Assembly: GCA_040954595.2 (NCBI GenBank)
Contig: CM082580.2
Location: forward strand, 2,904,783 to 2,968,782
Length of the DNA stretch: 64,000 nt
From: Balanoglossus misakiensis
Taxonomy: Eukaryota > Animalia > Hemichordata
Reading direction: 5' to 3'
Positions 42,701 to 56,200 of this stretch are shown piece by piece. The number at the start of each line of letters is the position of its first letter. Positions within the stretch are counted from its first letter, which is position 1. The notes under the pieces were generated by a model. The model did no database searches and was not told the origin of the DNA. It was given only the letters and a program-made list of their open reading frames with translations. Made by a program: the position numbers and the translations under genes.

Positions 42701-45700
42701 AAATCTTAGTATTAATCTCATCTTTCGTAATATTGAGTACGAAGACACTTTTAAGTTTCACACAACAACAATTTAAGAAATTTAGCAAGGGCAGTTTCAA
42801 ATAGTTTATTTTCAAGAATGTTTGACGCATGCGTTGACCAGAATGAAATCTTTTTTTTGTCTAAAAGGTGAACATAATGGTTGGCCATTTATTGCAGCAA
42901 ATGCATATAGTCAAGAACAAAATGTAAATGAAATTCTTGCATATAGAACAAAATCGGTCGCTGGGAATTCAATCCGACACCAAATAAATGTAAAGGCGAA
43001 ACTAAAACCAATATCACTAGGAAATAAATAAGTGAATACATATACAGTAATCTTCACGGTTGACGACCTTACAGCATCCGGGCAATTACCCGGGGGCGGC
43101 CAATCTGATCTGTGAATCATTTAGGAGCAGCCATGAGAATTGAAAAAGCAGCAATATGGTGTTACCATTTGAGCTGATTTTTTCTAATATTTGATTGTTT
43201 TCATGATTTAACATGAAAGCTAATGAACATAATGTGCCATTGCTGTTGTTTTGTCGGTATTTGAAATTATCGTCTTCGTCATACCTGATGCGGACATGAG
43301 GACAAACTATTCAAGGAAATTACTAGTATTAATTCTGTAAACATACACAATGCATAAACAATATATTATTGTTGTGTTCCCTATGGCGTACTTCAGCAAA
43401 GGTTGAAGCATCAATTCCAAGGTTTTGTTTCTGTGTATATTTCACATAAAATACACAAGGCGTAGACCGATGTAGCTGATTAAGGAAAACCTATATTCCA
43501 TGTTGCCATGACTACCGGTATATATTTCTTTTACAATGTGAGCGAGTTCTCGGCGGCATTATTTTTCAGATACATATTTCATACATGATATATAATCTGG
43601 TCTATTTTCTATCAAAGAATTCTAGTTGCTGTTTTATAACGGTATATATTGTAATTATCTCATAGATTTTCAGAACAGCTGTCATCACACACACATGCAC
43701 GCAACAATAAAATGACAAATATATTTTATATTAGCTCCTTTCTATTCGAAACCATTTCCTTTTCTTCAATAAACGCCGTAAGTCTTCCTTGAAATATTAA
43801 GAGTCAATCGAGAGTCCACAATTTCGAAGACATGGCTTCTTACAGGGGATAGGGTATTCTTTGGTGTGAGACACACCAATCATCATGCAGACACAACAGA
43901 TCACCATGGAGACACAACAGATCACCAAAGATGTTCACATCGGTTTTACAGTGCCTGCAGACAACTGTTCACGTGATGAATTTTATTTTTCACTCAGAGG
44001 ACTTGTACCTGATGAGCGTAGTTACTTATACATGTACAGTAGCTGTGGTACGCAGCTGTACCGTTTGGGGGGATCAGCAACCCCCCCAGAACTTTTGCTT
44101 TTGAGTCCACAAAATTGCAGTTTCGCGCCCTTTATTTTACAAAATTTTCTCATGTGGGAGGGGGACACCCCCTCCCACACCCACCCCCTTCATTCTTCAC
44201 CACATCTAGTGTACCAAACATTGACTGGCAAAAGTAAAATTTGTCCTCCCTAACATTTAGTTAATTTGCTTTGGAGTTCATTAAAATGCAACTTTGAGCA
44301 CCATATTTTACAAAATTTTCTCTCACACCCACCCCTGCCACTTTTCTTGTTTTACCAATCCTACTAGCCTAGCCGTATTTTGTCCGCTTTGCTTAAAAAA
44401 ACTACTGCCTGCCAACTATTGTATTGACTTGTCATTTTAACTTATTCATAATTCATTCTTATTGCAACGATATACTATTATATACTTCAATTACTTTAAG
44501 AAATTTAGAATTGAGGTGTGGGAACCCTCATTCCCTATAATGCATACAGTGTACATAGGATCAGGACGCAGAATGTTTTTGGCGGGGGGGGGGGGGGGGG
44601 GGGGGGGGTCATCATATTTTTGGGTCTGTCAAAGGGGGGTTCATCATTTTTTGGTCCTGGCTGGGTGAAGGGGGGGGGGGGGTCAGCCTGATTTTGAAAA
44701 CCCATGACACAAACTTGCCGACCCCCCCCCCCCCTGCCGTAAAAACTGAACGGTCCCTAAGTAATTATTGTATAATCTTGAAGTTACTTCTGCCGTTCAT
44801 ATTTGTCAATCAGCCTTTACCAACATTAACTTCATTATATCGTTTATAATAAGCCTTAACCAAATTGAACATCACATTACGTTTACAAGACTACAAACAT
44901 ACAATATTCTCGGTTAAAATATTTGCGATATTATAGTAATACCAGTACACGATGATTCTAATGTTAACGTTATCCTTATTTCAATTCTTAACTTCTCTTA
45001 ATTTTTAGCAGCCTTCGTTAGAGACCCTACGTCACTCATGAATATATTAAGACTGAGAAAGGAAAAAATCTTTCATCGAACCCGTAAGTCTAAAGGATGC
45101 ATCAATTGTCTTAGATTGAAAGTGATTCTAGGAATCTAATCTAATGTGATTGTGAATAACGACTTCCCTGCAAACAAAGGCAAAATGTTGTCATCACCAT
45201 CCTGTTGGTTGGCAGTCATCGTGCATATTATGTTAAGAAATATAGGCAGAGCATCATTCCAATTAACGTAATAGATGACTAGTACCGTAGACAAAAACGG
45301 GGGCAAATTATTAACCAGCGGGAGACGGAATTGTTGGAAATAAAGCTTCATCAACCCTAATCACTCTTCCACAAACGTCAACGATGAGACGACTGTTAAC
45401 ATATAAACCAATGGTTCCCAACAAATTACCATCATATATGTAGTATTTTTCGAACATCTCAACTGTTAAAATTCGGTAGTATTTTTATGCTACTAGGATT
45501 GAAGCGTAGGCCAAGGCTATGTTTGAGTGAAGACAACAACTAGGCATATGCCTATATAGGTTATTCACGAAGATTGTGGAGTCTATTTTAGGCCTATTAC
45601 AGCCAACGACGAGTTGCCAAGATCAGCGTATAGAGCCTAACATCATTTCAAACCAACATTTGACACCATGTACCTCTGTCAGAATGAGACATATGAGTAA

Positions 45701-48700
45701 TTGCAGAAATGTCAGTACAATTTTCGAATGTAGATGGTGTAACAAGGATCTGAAACATACGAAAATACACGAGCTTGTGAACGCATTAGAGCTGGGCGTT
45801 CATCGAACAGACACTTGTAAACACACGCAAGTCAACTGCATGACGTTGACTACACTAATATACAAGACGTTGTCCTCTCTTGTTCCGCGAACAGATGGAT
45901 ATTTATGGTATCATATATGTGATGTCCTGAATGTTAGCTCACCTTTCAAATTCTCTTTGTGTCATATAGAAGATGAGACAAGCAGCCAACCTCACAGTGC
46001 GACTTAGACGACTGAAAATGTTGGAATTAGCGCAGCTGATGTGCACACCCACTCTACATGTTTTTGTGTGATATCTGACATTTGAAGCATATGGCGCTGT
46101 TCTATCAGAGATCCTAAGTAAGCGCAGAAGGCTTTCTCCACTGGTTTGACAGATCAACTGCATGAATCAATGTCTGTATCAGTGTATGCCTTACCGATGG
46201 TTGGCTGCAGCCTTCGTCTTATGTTCACTGTTCCATCAACACACGATGGAAATGACTATATGTGCAAGTGTACTATTGAGGTCACAATCGACGTGTTCAG
46301 AATACTTGATCGCAGAATACTATCGTGAGAGCTGCGAGTTAATTTAGGTCATGCTGTTTTTTTATTTGTATCGCCCTTGGTAATTTATGAAATGTCTCCA
46401 GGTTCCGGAAATTATATCATCGTCGACTCACACATTAGGTCAACACCCGGTTGATTTCGCATGGAGGGACATACGTTTTATTAACGTTGGCGGAATTTCC
46501 ATGGGTATACTAGGCCTACTAGTAATTGTTTGGAAGAGGAAAATACTTAGTACTTGTAGGTTGTTTATATTCTTGCTTGTCCTATTCAGCAAAACAAAAG
46601 AAAGAATGCAACAAATAGCGGTTGCCATGGGTACAGCATTGGGCGAGTATTATCAATACACTGATAAGCAAAATGCTTCACGTGACACGTGTGTTAAAAA
46701 CCGCAGTGAAGATGGTTGACATGGAAACTGAAATTTTAAACTATAATCGGGGATATGTACATTTTGATGTGCCCGTTGACAGCCCCCCCCCACCGTTGCA
46801 AATGCAGCACATGCAAGAAATTAAATTTTACACGTTATACGTAGGCCCTAAATGAAAAATGTTTAAAAAGTAAAAGTTTACATTTTTGATAATTTTTGCA
46901 ATGTTCCATAATGGTATACACACTGACAGCACAGGCAATTGAGCAATAGGGAATCGGTTTACAGAAAAAAATATTGCCCGAAATGAATAAGAAAACAAAA
47001 AGTGCTCAAAAAAGAAATTCCTCCTGTCAGCACATAACGAACCAATCCAAAGGTCTGAGTTGTTGGGTTTTGACAATTTTTCCAGTTCAATTCCACATAA
47101 TATCACTTGGAGTTGGGGTAGAACTGAGACAGAATGAAATGATGACGTCACATTTAGGACAGTCAACTGTTGTGTATGTTATGTGGAGACAAATGTCTAC
47201 AGTAGACAATAAGACTAGACATTCTTTACTTATCAGATCCATTATTTGATTTTTTTTTTTAAAATAGCACGGATGGCATTAGGCGGCTTATGGGGTATTT
47301 GCAGCTCTTTTCGACATTTTCACAACACGTTCTAAAACTCTAAATAAAATCCGTTTGAAGAGGGGCCGTACCCAATTAAATGTTTTATCCGTTGGAATTT
47401 CCCCGTGAAAATACCGAAAAATCCCCCCCCCCCCCCCCACATACCAGTGCAGTCCCCTTCTGGGACTGCGTACATATGCAAATTAGGTTCATCTCGAAGT
47501 AGCCAATTTCCATTCTGCAGAACTTTCTCGGCACAATTATTCAGTTTAGTTTAGAACACCATGACCACATTTGCACAGACAATTGTTTGTTGAAGTCACT
47601 CGTCCAGTTTGTCTCTGAATAAATATTCCATGCTTTCGTAAAAGTGACATGTTCGGGACCCTTTCACTTCATTACGAGCATCTCCGTGACAGATAAATAT
47701 TCTTTCACTGCAGTTATGATCAGTTGGAGATCACAATGCTCTTCGCCACCCCACTTTCCAGCGGTACGACACCGAGAGAAAAGGCGTCGAAGGTCTTCAT
47801 GTGGTCTTCCGCGCAAATCAATTGATGTGATATTCGTTTACCTACTTTGACTCAAAACAAAGTTGATGGCATCCCGGTATTGTAGAATGAAAATCAAATA
47901 CCGTGTACATTTGTATGTATTTTACGTGTGTGGAGTGACCGTGCGTGATTCAAAGAATGTGTCCATAATTAGTTAACATTTTTTCTCTCAATGAAATGAC
48001 ACTTCGGTCATTGAAAACGAAATCTTTACTCATGTATAAATTCCAACACCATTATACAATGTACTATGTAATGCTCCAACAAAGACTCAAATTCGTAGAT
48101 ATTTCGAATACAAATCGGACAAAGATACCTTGTAGGTGATGACGAATATCTGTTTCAATTGGAAATTGCAATGTTTGCTTTGCCACGAACATATTCATAG
48201 ATAGCACCTATAGAAAGAAGGCATCTGTTTTCTGCTGGGCGTCGTTTGTTGAACACAACTCCAAGCTCAAATTTATACGGCTTTCTAGGTCGCCAATTTT
48301 TGTTGAGACTTACCTATGTTAGTCTGGAGGAAATCAACGATGAACGTCAAACGTACAAGTGCGAAGTTTACATATAATTAAATAGTTTCCAGTGGTGAAC
48401 TGTGGCAGGTGGAACTGAGACAGACCAGTGAATTGTTTTTTAGAGATGATAAAGTTTGACACCCCATTGAACCCTTGCTGCAATATATTTAGCAACTTAG
48501 GAACCTTTAGTCGCTTATCCATGAAAAGAAAGTCTGGGCTGGGTGGTGATACAAACAGAGAAAGCTTTACATAATTTATGACTACGAATGATCTTAGGAA
48601 ATGCGATTATCGCGTAGCCTATTGAAACACACAAAGGGATAAAAGAAACATTTCAAATATCTGTTTTGTGTCACATGCAACAGATACAGCGATTTGTGGT

Positions 48701-51443
48701 TAAGAAGTATTTTACTATTTGTAAGAATTTAGTCTTTAAATTCGCTATATATTGACATGGGAAGCAAATGTATCGTGACAATAAACATAAAATATTTGTT
48801 ATTAAAAAAAACCCCACATCAAGTCACACAAAACTGTATCATAATCAATAGAAACAGGGACCTGTATTCTCAAAATAAAGATCTGTAAAACATTGAATTA
48901 TTTCACAAACAATTGTTGATATAAAATGGTAGTTATAGTATAGAGGAAGGGATAACATGAGGGAGGACTGGTTCACACACCGTCTGTTCACTCTCTTTTA
49001 GGAAATTGTCATTTCAATGCTGCTGTTGGATTTAATTGAAAAGTCTATTCCAACTAGTGAAATCTGCAGTCAAATGAAAGTATAATTATTAGGCCTTATG
49101 TCAATGTCGCTCACATTAGTAATCAAAGTCTACCGGAATTTCGTAGTGAAAGCAAAGCGTTGCCCAAGTCTGTACATTACCCTGAGCACATTGAAGTGAC
49201 TGTGCTGTAATTAATGCAGTCTAGGCTTGATTTCAATGTAGAATTCCCAGCTTTAACATGTACATGACAATGCGACATTCTGCAGGATTATGTCTGAAGA
49301 CTGTATAGATTTATGTCTTATTCTCAGAAACCACTTGCCGGAACCATATGCCGTGTACGTAACTGCGAATCCAACAACACGCTTATGTCACAAAAGGTCA
49401 TTTAACAAATATTGTGATGATATATTAACTACATGTACATATTCCAATCCAGTATGGAAGTCGTTCGTTTTGACACGACACATTATATATCAACGGCATC
49501 TGATGCAGAATCTTGAAGAATTCCTGGAATGAAGGTATTATTCTTGAATTGACGGCAAAGCATTGAGCTCTTAGCGTAATCGCTTTTAAACCGTACAGGG
49601 ATACTGAATTAGACAATTCAAATGGTGGCTGAAGAAACAGAAGATATTTCTTAGAAGGAAATATGCATCAAGGACACAGTCTATTTTCATCTTGTTATCT
49701 AATAAAAGCTCACGAAAAGTAGGCTTATGATCAGCCAGGGCTTTCCATATTGTTCGCAATCTTACTGAGAGTTAAGATTTTAAAAGCAATACTGTCAACA
49801 GCTCATCCTTTGGTAATTTACATCTTGTGATGTGTGTGTTTGTGTGTGTCTGGGGGGGGTCATCTTTCTAAGACGGTTGCACGGGTAAACTTAGAAGTAG
49901 AGGCTGGACGAATATCAAAGTGTAAATTTAATGTAATCCCGCTTACGCGCAACCTGTTAGAATTCGAGAATCCATAACATATTTATTCAGCTAAATTCGT
50001 CGGGATTAAATTATGTATTTTAATTTTTTCTTCGTTGAAAATCTGTCCAAAATACATGTATATTACTGTATGTCTGATGATTCACTGCACCCTTCTGTCA
50101 ATGCTCACACGTTCCATGGACACACATATTAAATTATATCTTTAATAAGACAGTGTATCAGTCAGTTTTGGTAAGCCAGATTGACGTTTTATTAGAGTCA
50201 CATGAACGCAGAGATAAAAAAAATATTACGACTTTCTGGTCAGCTCACGTGATGCATGTAAAACGCGAGGGTATCGTTATCTGTGATATAAGTCTGGATA
50301 TTACTGCAAACTTGACGATAGCGCAAAAGATGTAGTTTCGAGTAAAATAGCGTGCCACATTTGAGTACACTACCCCATATAGGTGCGCAATAATTCATAT
50401 TGAAGCCTGATATAAGCTGGTTGTGTCACATGGGCTTAAATTTATTGATCAACATGGTAATGTTATCAAGTATATTAGAACATTAACCAGACCATAGTCG
50501 TTGTTGTAACCTCTTATAGAGTCAGTGACACGACAACCATTTTCTTACACAATTCAGTCAGTCATTTTTTAACATTTATACAAAATAAGTGTATTGAATA
50601 TTGGACCCAAACAGCTGTCGTGTCTCTAAAAATCATGAGGATAAATCGCTAATATGTAACTTGGGTCGATCAGGAGGCATACGATACGTTTCACAAACGA
50701 TCGTAATTTGTGGTGATGATCCACTACAAGGATTAGTTGGGCCCCGCAAGATCACGTTATGCATCATGCATCGTCCGCTCGCACGGGTCGTGATGGGCTC
50801 TATTTTCGGAGAGCAAGACCTTGGCGGGCGAAGACAGTAGAAATGAGATGGAATTTCGCCCAAAATGATTCAGTCTGAAGTGGGCATATAGTGACTCAAT
50901 CCAGATGACTCAACACTTCAAGTCATTATACTGGTTGCGCACATTCAATTTCATTAATCCAAATTCCAAGACAAACGTTGAAGTTCAGTCTTCTACATCA
51001 TACTAATTGCAATACGTGTTCCTGGAGTAAAAGCTAATTTGAGTTCAATCCATAGGAAGACTTTTTTGTAAGACGTTAGAATTACAAAATAACATTTATC
51101 GTTGTAGCCTTCAATATTAGGCCTATAACCTGTACATATCCAACGGATATGCATCTCATTATTGAGGTACCTTTACGGGAAATAAGTCTGTGTAGCGTTT
51201 AATGGTAAGTCGATCGATGCACATATTATAGTACAACAAAATTACCCAAAATCACAATTTCTGAGTAACAGTTTTAAGCGAGAAGATATGTGATGCGACG
51301 AATATAAATCACAGAAATGTTAAATGGGTTAACTCTTCCTAAATAATAATTTTACCTGTATCATCATCTTCATTGGAATATTCCGGCGAAATTGTCAAAC
51401 TTGAACAGCAGTGTTCAGAGGCCAGTCGTTTGTGTGCTCTCAT
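39739..51443 (-). CDS. gprs: BTB/POZ-BACK protein, serine-enriched protein (gprs)-like, about 408 aa
   Basis: Exons: 51356-51443 (putative first, MRAHKRLASE..EDDDT), 42458-42662 (FENKCGLSEDLRFLASMPELCDVTFLVG..ILAARSR), 41874-42118 (VFHKML..EFDSDVFRQLIEYIHTG), 40756-40913 (LMNAADYYGLEDLRRAC), 39739-40269 (BACK-like region plus Ser-rich tail). The BTB motif resembles Drosophila gprs as I recall it. The first exon is less certain than the other four. Confidence 0.85.
41237..41812. mobile_element. Family A Kolobok-type element copy in a BTB gene intron
   Basis: Same length, TIRs and TTAA flanks as 27959-28534, with few substitutions. Confidence 0.9.
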
Positions 51444-51802
51444 GGTGGTGGCTGAAAAGGCCTACGCGTACCGGAGAAGGTATTTTTAACTGTGCCTCGA
51501 TCGTCCAACTATTAGACACTAATCAAATTTGGCACGACAGCTCCAGAATTGACGGGTACATCAACATTGATGGAGAGACCTGTGGTAATATCATCACCCA
51601 GTCACCTTCAATCACTTCTATGCTGAAAAGAACGTAACTGAATTATCTGAGGAAGTTTAGGTGAGTTGACACCAGCACCAGGCCGTCGTCGAAGTCACTT
51701 ATCTGTCAAGGACACTAGAGACAATGTTCTATGTGCACAGCTGTCATCACTATCCAGAGAAACCCAGAAAACCAACGCCTATCTCATCCGATGATTTCAG
51801 GA

Positions 51803-51816
51803 GTCACCATGGCAAC
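51803..51816. promoter_or_regulatory. RFX X-box-like motif GTCACCATGGCAAC upstream of the BTB gene
   Basis: Matches GTHNYY-AT-RRNAAC and lies about 360 bp upstream of the putative ATG at 51443. Confidence 0.45.
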
Positions 51817-53088
51817 GGGTCATCCAAAGACATTGAGAATGGAATGATATTGATTGGTCAATTTCAGAAATAAGCTTTCCAAAGAAATTGTAAATCTGGC
51901 TTGGAAAAGGCAGCCATGTATGTGGACGTTCAGAGCAATTTATATCTGGACCGATACCGGCATAGTTATCATATACCTGGAATACGTCCTTGTGTAATGC
52001 TATGGCAAAAAGCGCCCTCACATGCTTGCATTTTTTACGTACCACGCCCCAGTCTGGATGCCCCGAACATGTACATTGTACACAGCTACTGTGCAGGTCT
52101 TTAATTGGCATGCATATTCTTTCATTTCTATCGCCAACATAGTGAAACTCAATTTTTAATAGGTTTTTACTGCGTGCCAGATCTGTTGACTGTTTTAAAC
52201 GCCGATTAAAAACTCATCTTTTCAATCATATTTGTGATCGAATTTTTTAGGATCATCTTCTGTATGGGTTTTTTTTTTAGACGGACTTTTAATTGGGAAT
52301 TTTAACTGAGACTTTTTAATTTTTCTGCTGCTTTTATGATTCTTTTATCACCGTCTTTTGTAACTCGCACTGAGACGTAAGTGTAGTGCGTGTAAGAAAT
52401 AAATATTATTATTATTATTATAATCACATTATAATAATTGTATTCTGGGTAAAAGGTCGACAACTCACTGTAGTAAGAGATAGAAAAATTATATTTTGAC
52501 TGTATTTCATGACTTGCTTTGGTCAAACACTTCTGTCTTTGTAAATAGCATATTAAACTCATTCATTTAACTTTTTTTCACATTCTATTTTTTTCTGTTA
52601 CAAAGTTTCAAAATGACCCAGTATCACTTCAGCTTATGAACTTCCATTTCTTAAACGTGGCAAAAATCGGGCATCTTGAAATTGTGTCGACCATACAAGA
52701 TTTTCATCATTCACTTAGGTAGCTTAAAACCTATTTAAGGTAGGGAGAATTGTCGTGTACAAACACAGAAGAGCACAATTACTAGTACCCAAGTTTCCTT
52801 GACAATATTTTAGTCGAGATGTTTTTGATAGGGTGTGGTGGGGCGTGAAGAGATTATAATCATCCTGGTTGTAGTTATGTATGAAGAGGGCTCTAATATT
52901 TCTACATTTTACTGGTAGTGTGATTTATGGAACAAAGTTCATTTGTTCAATCCATGAGACTACAAATTGACGATGAGAAACGCACAAGAATATCCCAATA
53001 TCTTTGTGTGTGTGCATGCGTACGTGTAATGGGAAAGAAAAACACTTGCAAATATGAATGAACAGCAATGAAATATAAGAACAACATC

Positions 53089-53094
53089 TTTATT
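53089..53094 (-). terminator. Probable polyadenylation signal (AATAAA) of SUPT5H
   Basis: First AATAAA I found on the minus strand after the stop, about 190 nt downstream, followed by T/GT-rich sequence. Confidence 0.55.
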
Positions 53095-53286
53095 TGAAAG
53101 TAAGATAATGCAGAAAGTAACATGAGGCATCGATCGAATCGGGGAACGTCAAACTGATGAGGTTTCAGCAAAACATTTAAGTCATTCTACCTGTCTTCAT
53201 GTGATGGTGCAAATCTACCAATGACACAAAACCAAAGTCAATTTTCTGGTCAATTAATGTCAAATGATTTTTGACCACAGACGGTG

Positions 53287-56200
53287 CTAGACCACAAGTT
53301 TTCCAAGATGTCGAAGCTGTAAGATTTTTAATTGAACATCCGGTCCCCCTTGGTCCATTTTCACGATTCCGTCTGATCCATCAATGTTTATCAAGATTCC
53401 TGTTGATTCTCGATCTTCTCCAAGAATCACTTTCACTTTGTCCTGTTTGGACGGCGTTACAGGCTCCAAATGATCACAATGCACATTAACAACCCGGTCT
53501 TCTTCTGGGATAAATACTGAACACATACCACCCTGATGGAAAAAAAAGACAGTAAACCTGATTATTCACATAATAGTGAATGGCTAAAACCAACTCAGAG
53601 AAAACACAGTTGCCTTTATCTGAAGCCTAATCTCACTGCTGGTGTTGTCTACATTCTAATGATCATTCCATTGGATGTTTTTCTCATATGGTTAGTGGAC
53701 AGAAACAACTTATGTCACAGACATACAAAGTCCATATTACTGGTTTGTTGATTGAAATCTTGTGACTACTACATGTGTATAATAAGAATGTTACTGATAA
53801 CTCACTGAAATTCCCCGAATGACACCAGTTTTATAGATAAGAGATGGATCATCATGTGTTTCTTTGACTTTGACTTCAATATCCACAGTCTGCCACTCTG
53901 CTGTGCTGGGATCCAATCCACCCCCTGGGGTCAATGGATTAAACCCGCCACCTGGCGAGGGTGCCCCTGGGGTCATGGGATAACCACCTGGGCTGGGGGT
54001 TGATTGATAGCCACCAGGTGAAGGTGATGCTTGGTAGCCCCCTGGGGAAGGGGTTGGTTGATATCCCCCAGGGCTGGGTGCTGTCTGGTAGTTGACAGGA
54101 CTTGGTGTACCTGTAGTGAATGAAAATAACTGTTTTTCAGTTGTGGTCATTTTTGCTTGTGTTCAGCCAATTTGGTACTGGCAGCTTTATTTGTATATTA
54201 ACTTCCAATCTACAGCTTTTCCCACATCTACACATTAAATACCATGGACTTGGTGATATGGGTAGTGGTTCTCAAGCGTTTGCAGTGGATGGATGGATGT
54301 ACATATCTACGTACATACATACATAAAAATGGTTTATTTACTATTCTATTGGTCTTTTCTGTATTATTCACTGAGTCTCACCCTACAAAACTGAGATGTA
54401 CCAGGAGATGTAACAATTCCACGATCTGATAAGAGTGGCGACATAAATGTATCCAATGCCTTCAAATGCCCAGCTGAGTTCTGAATGAAATGCCCATATG
54501 GCCAGTGATACACAATGTCTAAGGATGCCCTTTACCTTGGTATCCTCCAGGTGATGGTGTAGGGTTTTGATAGGGTGAATAGGTGTGATCATTGGTGCTG
54601 TACATTGCGGAACTGCCAGGAGTAGCTGGTGTATATGGTCCATTACTTGGAGGTGTATCAGCCGCATATCCGGGTGTGGCAGGATTCGGGGTGGACACAT
54701 ACCCAGCAGGTGATGGTGTGGAATCATCAAAACGATAGTCAAATTCTTCATCAGGTCTGAAATCCAAAAATAGTCAGCAAATTTTAACATTGCTCTTCTT
54801 TGAATTGATTCAACTTCTATCCTGCTTGTATGATATGTGAGTAAAAATTCGCCTTAAAATGAATAAATGGTAGAGACCAATTTTTCATTTTGGCGAGTTT
54901 TTTCACTTTCGTGTCTGCAAGCGGGATGGAAGTTGTGTGTGGTTGAACGTTCATTCACTATCCACATGTAGAATAACATAAATGGTGTCTTGTATCAAAC
55001 ATAATTAATGGAACAAAGGGCAGCGAGAGAGAGAGACTCTGTCCCTTTAATATCAATGAGAATATTCTCACCTGGCTGGTGTATTCGGATTGTTTGGATC
55101 CCAAGCTCCTGTCTGTCCCGGTGTGCGGCTCCCATCATGCATCGGTGTCTGAGCACCATAGTGAGGCGTTCTACTTCCTGAATATCAAACAATAATATCT
55201 GGTCTTAAAATATACATTTTTACTTAGTCCACATTCAGCGAAGTCTCTGTATCACAAAGTATAAACATAGTGTCAAGGGCACTGTGGTCCCATTTGGGGA
55301 TTGCACAGACATAGGTGTACACATTCAGGTGAAATTGGCACGCAGACATAACCGAAAAATTGCAACAATTTCCCCAATAACACAAATTTCACTTAATGTT
55401 TTACATCTTACTTGGGTTACCCCTAGGAATATGCCTACCAAATTTCAAAACACACACACACACACACACACAGACATTGGTACAACATAAGCTCATGCAC
55501 GTGAACACATAAGCTAATATCCCAATCATGAAGTACAAAAGACTTCTAAACTGTGAAATTTACTGATCAGTGATCATATTGTATTATACATGTCTATCAT
55601 ACTCATGTAGTCCATACTATAACTATTTCAAACAGTAAACCTTATTTATAGAAAATGAAAGACATTACCATCGTGTAAAGGTGTCTGTGATCCATACATA
55701 GGAGTTCTGGATCCATACATTGGTGTTTGAGCACTGTACATTGGTGTACGCCCATACATAGACGTACTTCCTGATCTCCCAGGTTGGCTGTAAATAAAAA
55801 CACCAATCTTCATTAAAGTATCTCTTTCCATTTCTCTGAATTATAATTATTAAAATGTTATCATTCATTCAGAGACATCTATATCATAAGACATAAAGTG
55901 TGATCACATCACATTACACTGTATATGAATGGATCATGTGTTTAAAATATACTGGCTGTGTATCGAGTATGTAGATTAACCCTAACGCTACCAAGTCAGT
56001 CGAAACTGGTTTGATTTCCAGGGTGTCTAGAATCCTGGCTGCCAAGTGTTTGTTATTCAATAGGGCCTACACAAGACCCTCAGACCAATACAGTGCAAAC
56101 CAGTGCAATTGGTACATTTTACAGGGGGCTCAGACTGCCAAGTGTGTCTAAGTACGTATGAGAGCCATGTCAAGACAGTCAAAATACGTTTTAGAAGAAA

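Noticed and set aside
44556-44760. Poly-G/poly-C rich segment as a functional G-quadruplex
   Set aside because: It looks like a decayed MITE (one end ..GAACGGTCCC-TAA), and homopolymer lengths are unreliable.
45576-46719. Cluster of 60-143 aa ORFs inside the BTB first intron, as a nested gene
   Set aside because: No recognisable domain and no consistent exon chain.
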